DNA of 64,000 nt from contig JAEZEQ010000062.1 in NCBI GenBank assembly GCA_023432985.1, positions 69,907 through 133,906 of the forward strand, given 5' to 3'. This document shows, in pieces, positions 18,806 to 29,500 of this stretch. Below the pieces are notes generated by a model. It was not told the DNA's origin and did not search any database. It saw only the letters and a list, made by a program, of their open reading frames with translations. Made by a program: the position numbers and the translations under genes. This DNA comes from Bacteroidota bacterium (GTDB lineage Bacteria; Bacteroidota; Bacteroidia; CAIKAF01). Each line of letters begins with the position of its first letter. Position 1 is the first letter of the stretch.

Positions 18806-21409
18806 TTATTGGGACGGATTTCGAAATACAATTTCATTTTCGAATTGGTCTACAATAATAGGTTTTTCGTTTGACACTTCGCCTGAAAGAATTTTCTTAC
18901 TCAATTCGTTCAATACCCTTTTTTGCAATACCCTTTTCATGGGTCGTGCACCGAAGCTGGGATCATAACCCAACTGGGCCAACCAGTCGATTGCTTCATC
19001 CGTATAACTGAGTGTTATTCCGCTATTTTTTGCCAATTGCTTACTTATCAAATCTAATTGCAGGCGTACGATTTGTTTAATATTATCTCTATTAAGCGGA
19101 GTAAACATAATGGTTTCATCGATACGATTCAGGAATTCGGGTCTCAGCGACTTCTTCAGCAATTCAAATATTTCTGATTTCGTGGAGGCCAATACCCTTT
19201 CTTCATCGATCGGATTCAAATCGGTCAGTCTTTCCTGAATAATATGCGAACCGAGATTACTGGTGAGGATAATTATGGTATTTTTAAAATTGGCTATTCT
19301 TCCCTTATTATCCGTCAAGCGTCCATCATCCAAAACCTGGAGCAAAATATTAAACACGTCGGGATGAGCTTTTTCGATTTCATCGAGTAAGATAACGCTA
19401 TAGGGTTTTCTGCGCACGGCTTCTGTCAATTGTCCGCCCTCATCATAACCCACATAACCCGGAGGTGCTCCTACCAATCTCGACACACTGTGTTTTTCCT
19501 GGTATTCACTCATATCAATTCGGGTCAAGGCATCCTCATTATCGAATAAATATTCGGCCAAGGCTTTTGCCAGTTCGGTTTTTCCTACACCTGTAGTTCC
19601 CAAAAATATGAAAGAACCTATAGGTCGCTTCGGATCCTGAAGTCCGGCTCTACTTCTTCTAACCGCATCTGCAACAGCAGCAATAGCTTCCTCTTGTCCG
19701 ACCACTCTTTTATGCAATTCTTCTTCTATATGCAGGAGTTTTGATTTTTCCGACTGCAACATTTTAGCCACCGGAATACCGGTCCACCTCGACACCACAT
19801 CGGCAATATCTTCGGCATCCACTTCCTCTTTAATCAGCGATTTATTATCCGACTGCATTTCGGCCAATTCTTTTTGCGATTCGCTTAATAATTTTTCCGC
19901 TTCAATCAATTTGCCGTATTGAATTTCGGCCACTTTCCCAAAATCTCCGTCTCTTGCGGCTTTTTCAGCTTCCAGCTTCAGATCTTCAATTTGTTTTTTG
20001 ATTTTCTGCAGTTTTTCTACGGCTTCTTTTTCGGTATTCCAACGCACATTAAAAGCGTCTCTTTTCTCTTGCAGGTTGGCAATTTCGGCAGATAATTGTG
20101 TAATTTTCTGTTCGTCTCCTTCCCTTTTAATCGCTTCTCTTTCAATTTCAAGACGGAACAATTCTCTTTCAATCGCATCCAGTTCTTCGGGCTTACTGTT
20201 GATTTCTATGCGCAATTTGGCACAGGCTTCATCCATTAAGTCTATAGCTTTATCGGGCAAAAAACGATCCGAAATATAGCGTTGCGACAATTCGACTGCA
20301 GCCACTACGGCTTCATCTTTAATGCGCACTTTATGATGTGTTTCGTATTTCTCTTTAATTCCGCGCAAGATAGAAATGGCATCCTCGGTAGATGGTTCGT
20401 CTATAATCACTTTTTGAAAGCGTCTTTCGAGCGCCTTATCCGTTTCGAAATATTTCTGATATTCATCGAGGGTGGTAGCACCTATACTACGCAGCTCTCC
20501 CCTTGCCAATGCGGGTTTCAGTATATTTGCCGCATCCATGGCACCTTGTCCGCCACCCGCTCCAACAAGCGTATGAATTTCATCAATAAACAAAATGATT
20601 TCGCCACTTGAAGCTTGTACTTCTTTAATAACGGCTTTTAATCTTTCTTCAAATTCACCTTTATACTTGGCACCGGCTATAAGTGCGCCCATATCGAGCG
20701 AAAACACGGTTTTACTACGTAAATTATCGGGCACATCACTATTTACAATACGAAAAGCCAAGCCTTCTGCAATAGCTGTTTTACCCACACCCGGTTCGCC
20801 TATTAAAACGGGATTATTTTTGGTACGACGAGACAAGATATGCAAGACCCGACGTATCTCTTCATCCCTTCCGATCACCGGATCGAGTTTGCCCGTTTTG
20901 GCTGCTTCATTCAGGTTAATGGCGTATTTAGACAAGGCCTGGTAGACATCTTCGGAACCCGAGCTGCCGACCACATTTCCTTTTCTCAATTCTTCGATTG
21001 CGGCTGTAATCAATTTCATAGTTACGCCTTGATCTTTCAATAATTGAGACACAGGACCTCCGCTATCGAGCAAGCCAACCAATAGAAGTTCTACCGATAC
21101 AAATTCATCCCTTCTTTCGCGGGCATAATTTTCGGCTTTCGCGAAAACTTTAGCCGTGGCATTGGCTAGGTATATATTTCCACCGGTTGATTTAACAAAA
21201 GAGGCCAGCATTTCGTCCAGCTTTTTATCTAAAATAGCCGGATTTACGTTTAGTTTTTTCAGGATAAAAGGGCTTACTTCCTTATCCTCATTCAATATAG
21301 CTTTCAAAACGTGTGCGGGCTCAATCGCTTGATGATCCATACCCAGGGCCAATTGTTGAGCGGCCTGAATAATTTCCTGAGATCGGGTTGTATATTTTTC
21401 TAAGTTCAT
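18806..21409 (-). CDS. clpB: ATP-dependent chaperone ClpB
   Basis: 867 aa with a Clp N-domain, two AAA+ modules ([16 protein letters not shown]) and a long coiled-coil middle domain between them. Confidence 0.95.
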   Translation of the reverse strand: MNLEKYTTRSQEIIQAAQQLALGMDHQAIEPAHVLKAILNEDKEVSPFILKKLNVNPAILDKKLDEMLASFVKSTGGNIYLANATAKVFAKAENYARERRDEFVSVELLLVGLLDSGGPVSQLLKDQGVTMKLITAAIEELRKGNVVGSSGSEDVYQALSKYAINLNEAAKTGKLDPVIGRDEEIRRVLHILSRRTKNNPVLIGEPGVGKTAIAEGLAFRIVNSDVPDNLRSKTVFSLDMGALIAGAKYKGEFEERLKAVIKEVQASSGEIILFIDEIHTLVGAGGGQGAMDAANILKPALARGELRSIGATTLDEYQKYFETDKALERRFQKVIIDEPSTEDAISILRGIKEKYETHHKVRIKDEAVVAAVELSQRYISDRFLPDKAIDLMDEACAKLRIEINSKPEELDAIERELFRLEIEREAIKREGDEQKITQLSAEIANLQEKRDAFNVRWNTEKEAVEKLQKIKKQIEDLKLEAEKAARDGDFGKVAEIQYGKLIEAEKLLSESQKELAEMQSDNKSLIKEEVDAEDIADVVSRWTGIPVAKMLQSEKSKLLHIEEELHKRVVGQEEAIAAVADAVRRSRAGLQDPKRPIGSFIFLGTTGVGKTELAKALAEYLFDNEDALTRIDMSEYQEKHSVSRLVGAPPGYVGYDEGGQLTEAVRRKPYSVILLDEIEKAHPDVFNILLQVLDDGRLTDNKGRIANFKNTIIILTSNLGSHIIQERLTDLNPIDEERVLASTKSEIFELLKKSLRPEFLNRIDETIMFTPLNRDNIKQIVRLQLDLISKQLAKNSGITLSYTDEAIDWLAQLGYDPSFGARPMKRVLQKRVLNELSKKILSGEVSNEKPIIVDQFENEIVFRNPSQ

Positions 21410-21583
21410 AATGCAATTTTTTTATTACTTGGTCAATTAACTTGCCAAAGAAATAATCAAGCTGCACTAATTAAGCAATATGTTATAAATCAACATTTTA
21501 ACAAAAATGCACAGACTGCAAAAATGGCATTGCAATAAAAAAAAACGGGTCAAATTGGCAGTAAAGTACTTAAAATGAATAAG

Positions 21584-22012
21584 CTAAAAATATTTCAGGT
21601 TAATATCTAGTATTAAATTTTTGCCGTTATAATGGAATTGTGCGTCTTTGAATTTGGGCGGACCAAAGAGTAGTTTGGGATTATTTGAATTGCCTATAGC
21701 TTCGGTCGGAATTCCTAATGCATTGGTATTACAGATCATGTCGCCATTCTCGTCATGGAGTATTGAAATGGCATAAGTTCCCGGTTTTAATCCCTCAATT
21801 TTATGGGAAATTTTCGAACTATTCAGGCTTTCGATTTTATATTTATATATAGCTTTTTTCTCATCTCCGGGGTATCCTTCCGGCGAATTAAAAACGCTGA
21901 TAAGAAGGTTTCCTTTATAAGTTTTAATTGGCGAAATATTTACTTGCAGAGTATTTTGCGCACTGCTTGTAAATGCAAAAAGGAGCATAGAAAGGAGGAG
22001 TATATTTTTCAT
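21584..22012 (-). CDS. DUF2141 domain secreted protein
   Basis: 142 aa with a signal peptide (MKNILLLSMLLFAFTSSAQ). LLISVFNSPEGYPGDEKKA...GTYAISILHDENGDMICNTNALGIPTE matches the Bacteroidota DUF2141 pattern. Confidence 0.65.
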   Translation of the reverse strand: MKNILLLSMLLFAFTSSAQNTLQVNISPIKTYKGNLLISVFNSPEGYPGDEKKAIYKYKIESLNSSKISHKIEGLKPGTYAISILHDENGDMICNTNALGIPTEAIGNSNNPKLLFGPPKFKDAQFHYNGKNLILDINLKYF

Positions 22013-22059
22013 ATTTCAAAGTAAATAAAAAGTGGCATATCGAAACATGAAATAACAGA

Positions 22060-22089
22060 AAAATAAAAAGACCTCCCGAGGGAGGTCTT
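22060..22089 (-). terminator. rho-independent terminator after giant adhesin-like gene 1 (minus strand)
   Basis: A GC-rich perfect stem aagacctccc / gggaggtctt with loop gag is followed by a T-rich run on the minus strand. Confidence 0.75.
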
Positions 22090-22112
22090 GCACAAATAAA
22101 AGGAAACAAACA

Positions 22113-25100
22113 CTAATAAATTATATTTACATGTCCTGTCAAATTATATATTTTACCAGAACCGGCGGTATAGACTAATTTATAGGAATAGGTATCCTGC
22201 TTCAATATATTACCTGCGGTATTTGTACAATTCCACGATAATCTATCATTTTGCCAACCTTTAACATGGCCTACTTTTTCGCCCCATCTGTCGAAAATTA
22301 GAAGTTCGGCCGTTTTAATATTCGTACCATAAATTACAAAACTATCATTGATTCCGTCATTATTTGCAGTAGCCGTATTTGGGATATAAATCAAATGGTC
22401 GCCCACTATGCGCACCCGATCGGATGCGGTATCGGCACAACCAAATTCATTTTGCACCACCAATATAACATCATAAAAGCCTGCACTATCGGGTACATAA
22501 AGGTGTCCCGGATGATGCTCCGTTGAAGTATTTCCATCCCCAAAACTCCAGTTGCTTGTGGTATATCCATCGCTTAAGTTAGTAAACTGGAAGAATGGAC
22601 TGGCAAAATCTTCTTTAGTAGGATTGCTTTCGAAGTCGGCGATGGGACTTGGAAAAGCATCTACAGCTCCAAATACGGTAGCCGTATCTTTACATCCTTT
22701 ATCGCTTGTTACCACCAGGGTGATATCGTGCAAGCCTGTAGGGAAAGTATAAACCGGATTTATATCGCTGCTAAATCCGGGGCCTAAATCCCAGTCGTAA
22801 TAATCCAAAACCCCTCCGGCCACGAAAGACGTATTGGTAATCTGGGTAGTATGAGGTCCGCAACCTTCTTTATCCACTACGAAAAACGAAGCTATAGGTT
22901 TAGGATGTACCGTTACACTATGCATAATACTATCCTCACAATTTTGATCTGAAACGGCGATCAATTGTACATTATAAGTACCGGCTCCCGGCATAAGTAT
23001 ATTTGGATTCACCGCATTGCTTTGGAGTCCGCCTTGTCCCACTACATTCCACGTATATCCGGCGATAGTGCCTAAAGCGATATGGGAGGTATTTTGGAAA
23101 GGAACGGCATTTTCGTCACAAACGGCACTGGCTATAAAATCGGGTTGTGGCAATGGGAAAATTTGCACCGATTGCGTAAGGGTGTCCTTACATCCGAATG
23201 CGGTAGTAACCACCAGAGTTACATCATAAGTGCCGTCTATATTATAAGTATGGGAAGCATTTGTAGTATAATAGTTTGTACCGTCATGCATAGTCCACTC
23301 GCTGCTTACTATAGGTTCAATTGCCGTAAAGGAAGTATTGGTATAGGGTACGCTCAGATAACGGCATACATCATTAAAAGTAAAAGACGCCACGGGCAAT
23401 TCGTGCACCACTACGGCCTGCACGATGGTATCTCTACATCCGTCATTATTGGTTACAATAAGCTCCACATTAAAATTACCAGTATTGATATAGGAATGCT
23501 GTGGATTTTGAACCGGAGCCGTATTTCCATCTCCGAAATTCCAATTCCATCCGACCAATGCCGCACCTCCGTTTGTTAAGGATGCATCTTGATAATCCAC
23601 CTGTATACCACAGGCATTAGGTATAGGAAAATCGGCAATGGGATTAATAAAGGTAGGAATGCTGTGCGAAACCGTATCGGCACAACCATTTATATCCGTT
23701 ACAATCAATTCTATGTTATAATTCCCTGAGGCGCTATAAAAATGAGTTGGATTTTGAAGAGCAGAAGTGGCTCCATCGCCAAAGCTCCATGCCCATGTAT
23801 CCAAAGTTGTATTTTGGACCGTACTAATATCTGTGAAAGATAGCTCTTCATTTACGCAGGATTGTACAGGCAATTGGAAATCGGCTTGTGGGATATCCCA
23901 AAGGGTAATATTCTGCGTAGTTGTGTCGAAGCAATTATCCTGATTTTCGACTATCAGTGTCACCGTATAATCGAAACCAAGTCCGCTCGTTGCCGGATTT
24001 TGATATGTATATACCGGATCTGAAATGTTGTCAGCGGCGCCGTTTCCAAAATCCCAACTATAGGAATTAAATGTATTATTCGCAGTAGACGTATTTGTGA
24101 ATTGGCGCTCGAAGCCGCATACAGAAGGCGCTGTAAATGAAGCGATGGGACTTTGGCGCACATATACCTGATATTGAACGGTGTCGGCACATCCAAAAGC
24201 CGTACTTGCAATCAACTCCACCTGATAATTACCACCCGCTGCATAAGTCGGGCTTGGGTCTGAAGAAACAGAGCTGTTTCCGTCTCCAAAATCCCAATTA
24301 TACTGTAGAGCTGTTCCATCTTCAATAGTAGTATTATTAGTAAAAATCACCGACTGATCACATTCGGCCACAAAGCTATAATCGGCCACCGGTATATCGA
24401 GCAATGTAATCGTTTGCGTGGTTGAATCAAAACAATTATCCTGATTCTCTACCGTAAGTTGCACTGTATAACTATAGCCCAATCCGCTTAATTCCGGATC
24501 TGCATAAATATGATTAGCGGTTTGAGTAGTAGCATTATTTCCGTCTCCAAAATCCCAATCAAAGCTCAAAAAAGAAGTATTGGCCACCGAATTATTTACA
24601 AAACCAATATCAAATCCGCACACTGCCGGTGCGCTAAAATCTGCGATGGGACTTTGACGTACATGAACGAGTTGACTCAAAGTATCGGCACAACCAAAAT
24701 TCGTGCTTACAATCAATTCGACCTGATAATCGCCACCTGCAGCATAAGTCGGGTTTGGTTGGTGGGCAGAGGAACTGTTTCCATCTCCGAAATCCCAGCT
24801 ATGATTCAATGCATTTCCGTCATGAATAATAGAATTATTCGTAAACTGAACAGACTGATCACAATCGGCAACAAAAGTAAAATCAGCTTCAGGAATATCT
24901 TGTAATGTAATAGTCTGACTAATTGAATCGGCACAAAAATCCTGATTTTGCACCCATAATTCCACCGTATAGGTATAACCCAATCCGGATATTTCGGGAT
25001 CGGTATAACTATGCGTTGGGGAAGAGGTATTGGAACTATTTCCATTTCCAAAATCCCAATGAATATCGTTTAGTGTAGTATTGGGCGTACTCGTATTCGT

Positions 25101-26282
25101 GAAAGCTATATCGAAACCACAAACGGCAGGTGCGTTAAAGGCGGCGATGGGACTTTGGCGAACGTGAACCGTTTTGCTGATGGTATCCATACAACCCTGG
25201 TTCGATTCCACAATAAGCGTAACATTATAATCGCCTCCTGTGGCATAGGTATGAATGGGACTTTGAGCAGCAGAATTATTTCCATCACCAAAATTCCAGT
25301 ACCATGCAACGGCATTTCCGTTTGTTACGGTAGACAAATCCGTAAAAGTAACCGTACTAAAACAGTCGCTTGAATCAGCAAAATCGGGAGTAACCACAGT
25401 TTGGTTAATCACTGCATTCAAATAAGCAGCACATCCTGATGCAGAAGTGAGCGTACAAATAACGGTTTGATTAGGCGTTGGATTATTTATCACTAATGTT
25501 TGACCAACATCACCGGTACTCCATGTATAATTGGTAAAACCACTTGGCGCGGTAACCGAAGCAGAATAATCATTTTCGCAATAAGACACATTCAATTTCA
25601 TGGGTCTACATTCTGCTGCCACGTAGGCATATCCAAAGTGACCACTAAGCGAACAATCGCCTGTACGTATTTCAATCGTTACGGTTTGTCCTACCATGGT
25701 CGATAAATCTACCCCAACCTGTTCCCAAGGTTTCCAACGAATAGAACCAAAATCCTGAAAACCCGGAATTCCTGCACCGGCAGTTACCACATATTCCGTA
25801 CATGGAATAATGCTCCCAAACTGATCGCGCACAGCCAATTCGAAGCGTGGTTGTTGTGCGGGTGTATGCCCGGGATCTTCCAATACAACCGCATAGCTAT
25901 ATAAAAACAATGCATTGCTGGAATCCGGAGCTACCGTAAAGGTATATTGAATTCCATCTCCCTGTGCTCCTGTACCCGGGTTTCCAATACGTGCCGATGC
26001 GGTATAACCCGGCGGAACAACCGGTAATCCTCCCCCCGTATTCGGGTCTGTTCCGGCTCCGGTCATAATCGTATGTCGACCCGCTACGATCCCTACGTTA
26101 GGTAAGTTAAGCGGACAACAGGTTCCGGTTCGACCTTGCCAGTTTGTGAAATTACCCATCGAAAAATCTGAATTCGGACAGGTGCTCTGTGCCGACAGGA
26201 AAGTCGGCAAACTAAAAAATACGGCTATCGCCAGTAAATAAAAATATTGACTTCTCATAATCCCCCCATTTATGTCTATCAA
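22113..26282 (-). CDS. giant secreted protein: unnamed Cys-containing N-terminal domain, array of PKD-like repeats, T9SS type B (gliding-motility-associated) C-terminal sorting domain
   Basis: 1389 aa. A signal peptide (probable true start MRSQYF.. at 26258) is followed by ~270 aa beginning QSTCPNSDFSMGNFTNWQGRTGTCCP. At least ten ~80-aa repeats carry W-x-FGDGN-s-S and Y-x-V-x-L-x-V motifs (PKD-like). The last ~95 aa, HLIYIPNTATANNDGINDSFVIYGTNI...WNCTNTAGNILKQDTYSYKLVYT, is a type B CTD. Confidence 0.8.
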   Translation of the reverse strand: MIDINGGIMRSQYFYLLAIAVFFSLPTFLSAQSTCPNSDFSMGNFTNWQGRTGTCCPLNLPNVGIVAGRHTIMTGAGTDPNTGGGLPVVPPGYTASARIGNPGTGAQGDGIQYTFTVAPDSSNALFLYSYAVVLEDPGHTPAQQPRFELAVRDQFGSIIPCTEYVVTAGAGIPGFQDFGSIRWKPWEQVGVDLSTMVGQTVTIEIRTGDCSLSGHFGYAYVAAECRPMKLNVSYCENDYSASVTAPSGFTNYTWSTGDVGQTLVINNPTPNQTVICTLTSASGCAAYLNAVINQTVVTPDFADSSDCFSTVTFTDLSTVTNGNAVAWYWNFGDGNNSAAQSPIHTYATGGDYNVTLIVESNQGCMDTISKTVHVRQSPIAAFNAPAVCGFDIAFTNTSTPNTTLNDIHWDFGNGNSSNTSSPTHSYTDPEISGLGYTYTVELWVQNQDFCADSISQTITLQDIPEADFTFVADCDQSVQFTNNSIIHDGNALNHSWDFGDGNSSSAHQPNPTYAAGGDYQVELIVSTNFGCADTLSQLVHVRQSPIADFSAPAVCGFDIGFVNNSVANTSFLSFDWDFGDGNNATTQTANHIYADPELSGLGYSYTVQLTVENQDNCFDSTTQTITLLDIPVADYSFVAECDQSVIFTNNTTIEDGTALQYNWDFGDGNSSVSSDPSPTYAAGGNYQVELIASTAFGCADTVQYQVYVRQSPIASFTAPSVCGFERQFTNTSTANNTFNSYSWDFGNGAADNISDPVYTYQNPATSGLGFDYTVTLIVENQDNCFDTTTQNITLWDIPQADFQLPVQSCVNEELSFTDISTVQNTTLDTWAWSFGDGATSALQNPTHFYSASGNYNIELIVTDINGCADTVSHSIPTFINPIADFPIPNACGIQVDYQDASLTNGGAALVGWNWNFGDGNTAPVQNPQHSYINTGNFNVELIVTNNDGCRDTIVQAVVVHELPVASFTFNDVCRYLSVPYTNTSFTAIEPIVSSEWTMHDGTNYYTTNASHTYNIDGTYDVTLVVTTAFGCKDTLTQSVQIFPLPQPDFIASAVCDENAVPFQNTSHIALGTIAGYTWNVVGQGGLQSNAVNPNILMPGAGTYNVQLIAVSDQNCEDSIMHSVTVHPKPIASFFVVDKEGCGPHTTQITNTSFVAGGVLDYYDWDLGPGFSSDINPVYTFPTGLHDITLVVTSDKGCKDTATVFGAVDAFPSPIADFESNPTKEDFASPFFQFTNLSDGYTTSNWSFGDGNTSTEHHPGHLYVPDSAGFYDVILVVQNEFGCADTASDRVRIVGDHLIYIPNTATANNDGINDSFVIYGTNIKTAELLIFDRWGEKVGHVKGWQNDRLSWNCTNTAGNILKQDTYSYKLVYTAGSGKIYNLTGHVNIIY
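23883..25169 (-). repeat. intragenic tandem repeat array (~504-bp units, about 2.5 copies) inside adhesin-like gene 1
   Basis: Protein residues ~372-539, 540-708 and 709-800 are near-identical ~168-aa blocks, each a pair of PKD-like domains. At DNA level, gcgatgggactttggcg/gcgatgggactttgacg and the surrounding sequence recur at ~24140, ~24642 and ~25141. Confidence 0.7.
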
Positions 26283-26424
26283 TATATACGAACTATGTGA
26301 AAAAAAGTTAACCCATACTCGTTAATAATTTCTAAAACACTAACAATCAATGAGATTAATTTCATTAAATTTTCAATATTCATAATTAGCTTTCCGAACA
26401 AACCGGTATAATAATATGCGGCTT

Positions 26425-26472
26425 AAAAAAATAAAGGTAGAGTAATAGCTTTTTAAACTATCATCTACCTTT
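26425..26472 (-). terminator. terminator hairpin after giant adhesin-like gene 2 (minus strand)
   Basis: Arms aaaggtaga ... tctaccttt (26434-26442 and 26464-26472) are followed by a T-run on the minus strand (A-run 26425-26433). Confidence 0.55.
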
Positions 26473-26510
26473 AGATAAAGATTAGGTAATAAATACCCTA
26501 TAAATAAGAT

Positions 26511-29500
26511 TTAGCGAATCACATTAATATGACCTAATTTATCGAATACTTTTCCGCTTTTAGTTGAATAAATTAATTTATAGGAATAGGTATCTTGTTT
26601 CAACAAATTACCATTGGTTCCCAATCCATTCCAAACCAATTTGTCGAGTTGCCATCCTTTTACGTGGGCTACTTTTTCGCCCCAACGGCTAAATACCAAT
26701 AATTCGGCTTCTACGATATTGGTTCCGTAAATGGTAAATATTTCGTTGATATTATCCTCATTCATGGTGATTGTATTCGGCAAATAAATCACATGGTCAT
26801 CGTAAACATACACTCTTCCCGAGGTCGTATCTACACAACCATATTCATTTGTCACCAACAATCCCACATCATAATGCCCCACATAATCGTTCGGGTAAAT
26901 ATGGAAGGGGTTATTTTCATAAGACATGGTACCATCTCCAAATTGCCATACGCTGTTTGAATAGCCTGTGGATTCATTTAAAAACTGGAATGATGGTTCG
27001 ATAACTGAATTCGATTTCGGATTAGAGCTTAGCATAGCAACCGGATCCGGATATACTTCTATGGCATCTATTTGGGTAATAGAATCTTTACATCCAAAAT
27101 TAGATGTCACCAATAAAGAAATCGTGTATAAACCTGTTCCGTATGTAAAACTGGTATGCAGATCATTGCTGCTTCCCATTTCCAAATCCCAATAATTATC
27201 TACAATTTGTCCTTCCGGAATCGTAGATGTATTTGTAAACTGCGAGGTAAGGGGCGAACAACCATTTACCGGAGCAATGGTAAAGCTTGCCTCAGGATTT
27301 GCATAAACACGAATCGTTTTGGTAATACTATCTATACAGCCATAATTAGACACTGTAGTAAGCGTCACAGGAAACTGACCCCAATTCGGGAAAGTGACAT
27401 TGGGTGCAGGACTGTTTGAGACACCAAGTCCGGCCTGACTCATATCATAGCTATAGGAGTTAATACTACCTGTATCGATCGTACTTAAATTCTGAAAAGA
27501 AGATATAAATCCATGACAAACCGGATCTAATGCAAAATCAGAATTAGGGAATTCGTATACATATATATTCTTGGTAATGGTATCTCTACATCCAAAAGCA
27601 GTACCCACTGAAAGGGTAACAGGAATATAGCCTGCCGTATCATATATATATGATGTGTTTTGCGTGTTTACGGTAACGCCTGGTGCCAGTGTCCATTCCC
27701 AATCAGAAATAACATCATAGATGGCGCTACTTTGGTCAAACATATCAATTTCCTGGAAAGGACAAGCCGAGTCGAAGCTAAAATCCGCAACCGGTTTATC
27801 GTATGCTGTAACTACCTTAGAAACCGTATCGGCACAGCTACTGGAGTTGGTCACTATAAGTTCGACCGTATACTGCCCGTTTGCAGGGAAAAGGTGACTT
27901 GGATGTTGATCGGTAGAGGTGCTTCCATCTCCAAAATCCCAATGCCAATCTGTAATAGGTTGACCATAATCCTCGGAGCTGTCGGCATATTGAATCAATA
28001 CACCACAAGCATCAGGTAATGGAAAATCGGCTAAAGGTACTTTACCCACATCTATGGTATAACTGATGGTATCTTTACAACCATTATCAGAAGTTACTAT
28101 TAATTCTACCGGATATAATCCGTTTGTTGTATAAATATGTGCAGGATCTTCTTGGGTAGAGTTGTTTCCATCTCCAAAATCCCATTCCCAGGAAGCTAAA
28201 TTCTCATTTCCTACAAAACTAGAATCTGTAAATGAAGCCAGGGAACCTTCACAAATTATGGCTGTATAGTTATAGTCTGCTTTAGGTATATCGTGCAGTA
28301 CTATAGGCACAGTCATCGAATCGGAGCAATTGTTTTCATTGGTCACCAACAATTCCACATCATAAGTCCACACCCCACTGATATTGGGATCCGGGTATGT
28401 ATAATTTCCATTGAAAGTAGTATCTGTCGTATTATCTCCAAAACGCCATTCTACAGAAATAATAGAATCATTACCAATACTTGTATTAATAAAATCCCAT
28501 TCATTTCCACACACCTGAGGTGCAGTAAAAGAAGCCGTAGGCACATCTATCACTTCAATAGTTTTCATGATGGAGTCTTTACAACCATTATCGGAAGTTA
28601 CTACCAATTCAACATCATAAAATCCGCCTGTTGCATATACATGGGTTGGGAACTGACCCGTACCTGTATTTCCATCTCCAAAATCCCAATCCCACTGATC
28701 GTTTATACCAAATATTACGGTACTTGAATCCATGAAACTGGCATTATGACAAACCACTGTATCTGCGAAATCGGGTGTTATAACAGTTTGATTCAATTCG
28801 GCTACCAACTGTGCATTACAGCCGGATACTGAAATAAGCGTACATGTAAGCATTTGACCCGGAGTTGGGTTCAATACCGAGGTTGTAGGTCCAACTGTAC
28901 CATCCGACCAAATATAGCTTGCAAAACCCGGAGGAGCAGTTAGTACAGCCGTATTGCTACCAAAACAGTAGGACACGGACAATTTCATGGGTCTACATTC
29001 TGCCACTACATAAGCATAACCATAGTGTGCACCTAAATCGCAATCCCCAGTACGCAACTCAATGGTAACGTTCTGACCGATAAAGGGCGAAAGGTCTACC
29101 CCTACACTTTCCCAGTTTTTATAACGAATGGAACCATTACTCTGGAAGCCGGGAATATTCTGACCTGCCGTAACGATATACTCAGTACAAGGTATAATAT
29201 TATTATACTGATCTCTTACCTGTAATTCAAAACGAGGTTGATCGGCAGGGGTATGACTCGGATCCTGAAGTACTACCGCATAATTGTAAAAAAACAATGC
29301 ATTACTGCTATCCGGTTGCACAAATATCTGATAAGATAATGACTCGGCTTGTCTGCTTGTACTCGAGTTCCCCAAACGCGCAGAAAAAGTATAGCCCGGA
29401 CAAACTACAGGCACCTGATTGGCCGTATTTGGATCCATTCCCGCCCCCGTCATTATAGTATGCCGGCCGTTTACTATACCTGTCGTAGGCAACGAAATCG

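Noticed and set aside
19998-20945. Several 60-120 aa ORFs antisense to clpB. Similar ones occur inside the two giant genes (e.g. 23082-23579, 24510-24905, 27660-28019, 28293-28727) and other long genes.
   Set aside because: They are fully embedded in well-supported long CDSs on the opposite strand, with low-complexity or Cys/Arg-rich translations and no motifs. They are typical shadow ORFs.
21430-21455. Sigma-54-like -24/-12 element upstream of clpB on the minus strand (TGGCAAG-N4-TTGA)
   Set aside because: The -12 GC dinucleotide is GA and the spacing is only approximate. It is probably a chance match in a partially palindromic AT-rich stretch (cttggtcaattaacttgccaa).
23600-25200. Regularly spaced repeats that could be mistaken for a CRISPR array
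   Set aside because: The units are ~500 bp and are in-frame coding repeats of PKD-like domains within a single long ORF. There are no short 25-40 bp direct repeats with unique spacers anywhere in the window, and no cas genes.
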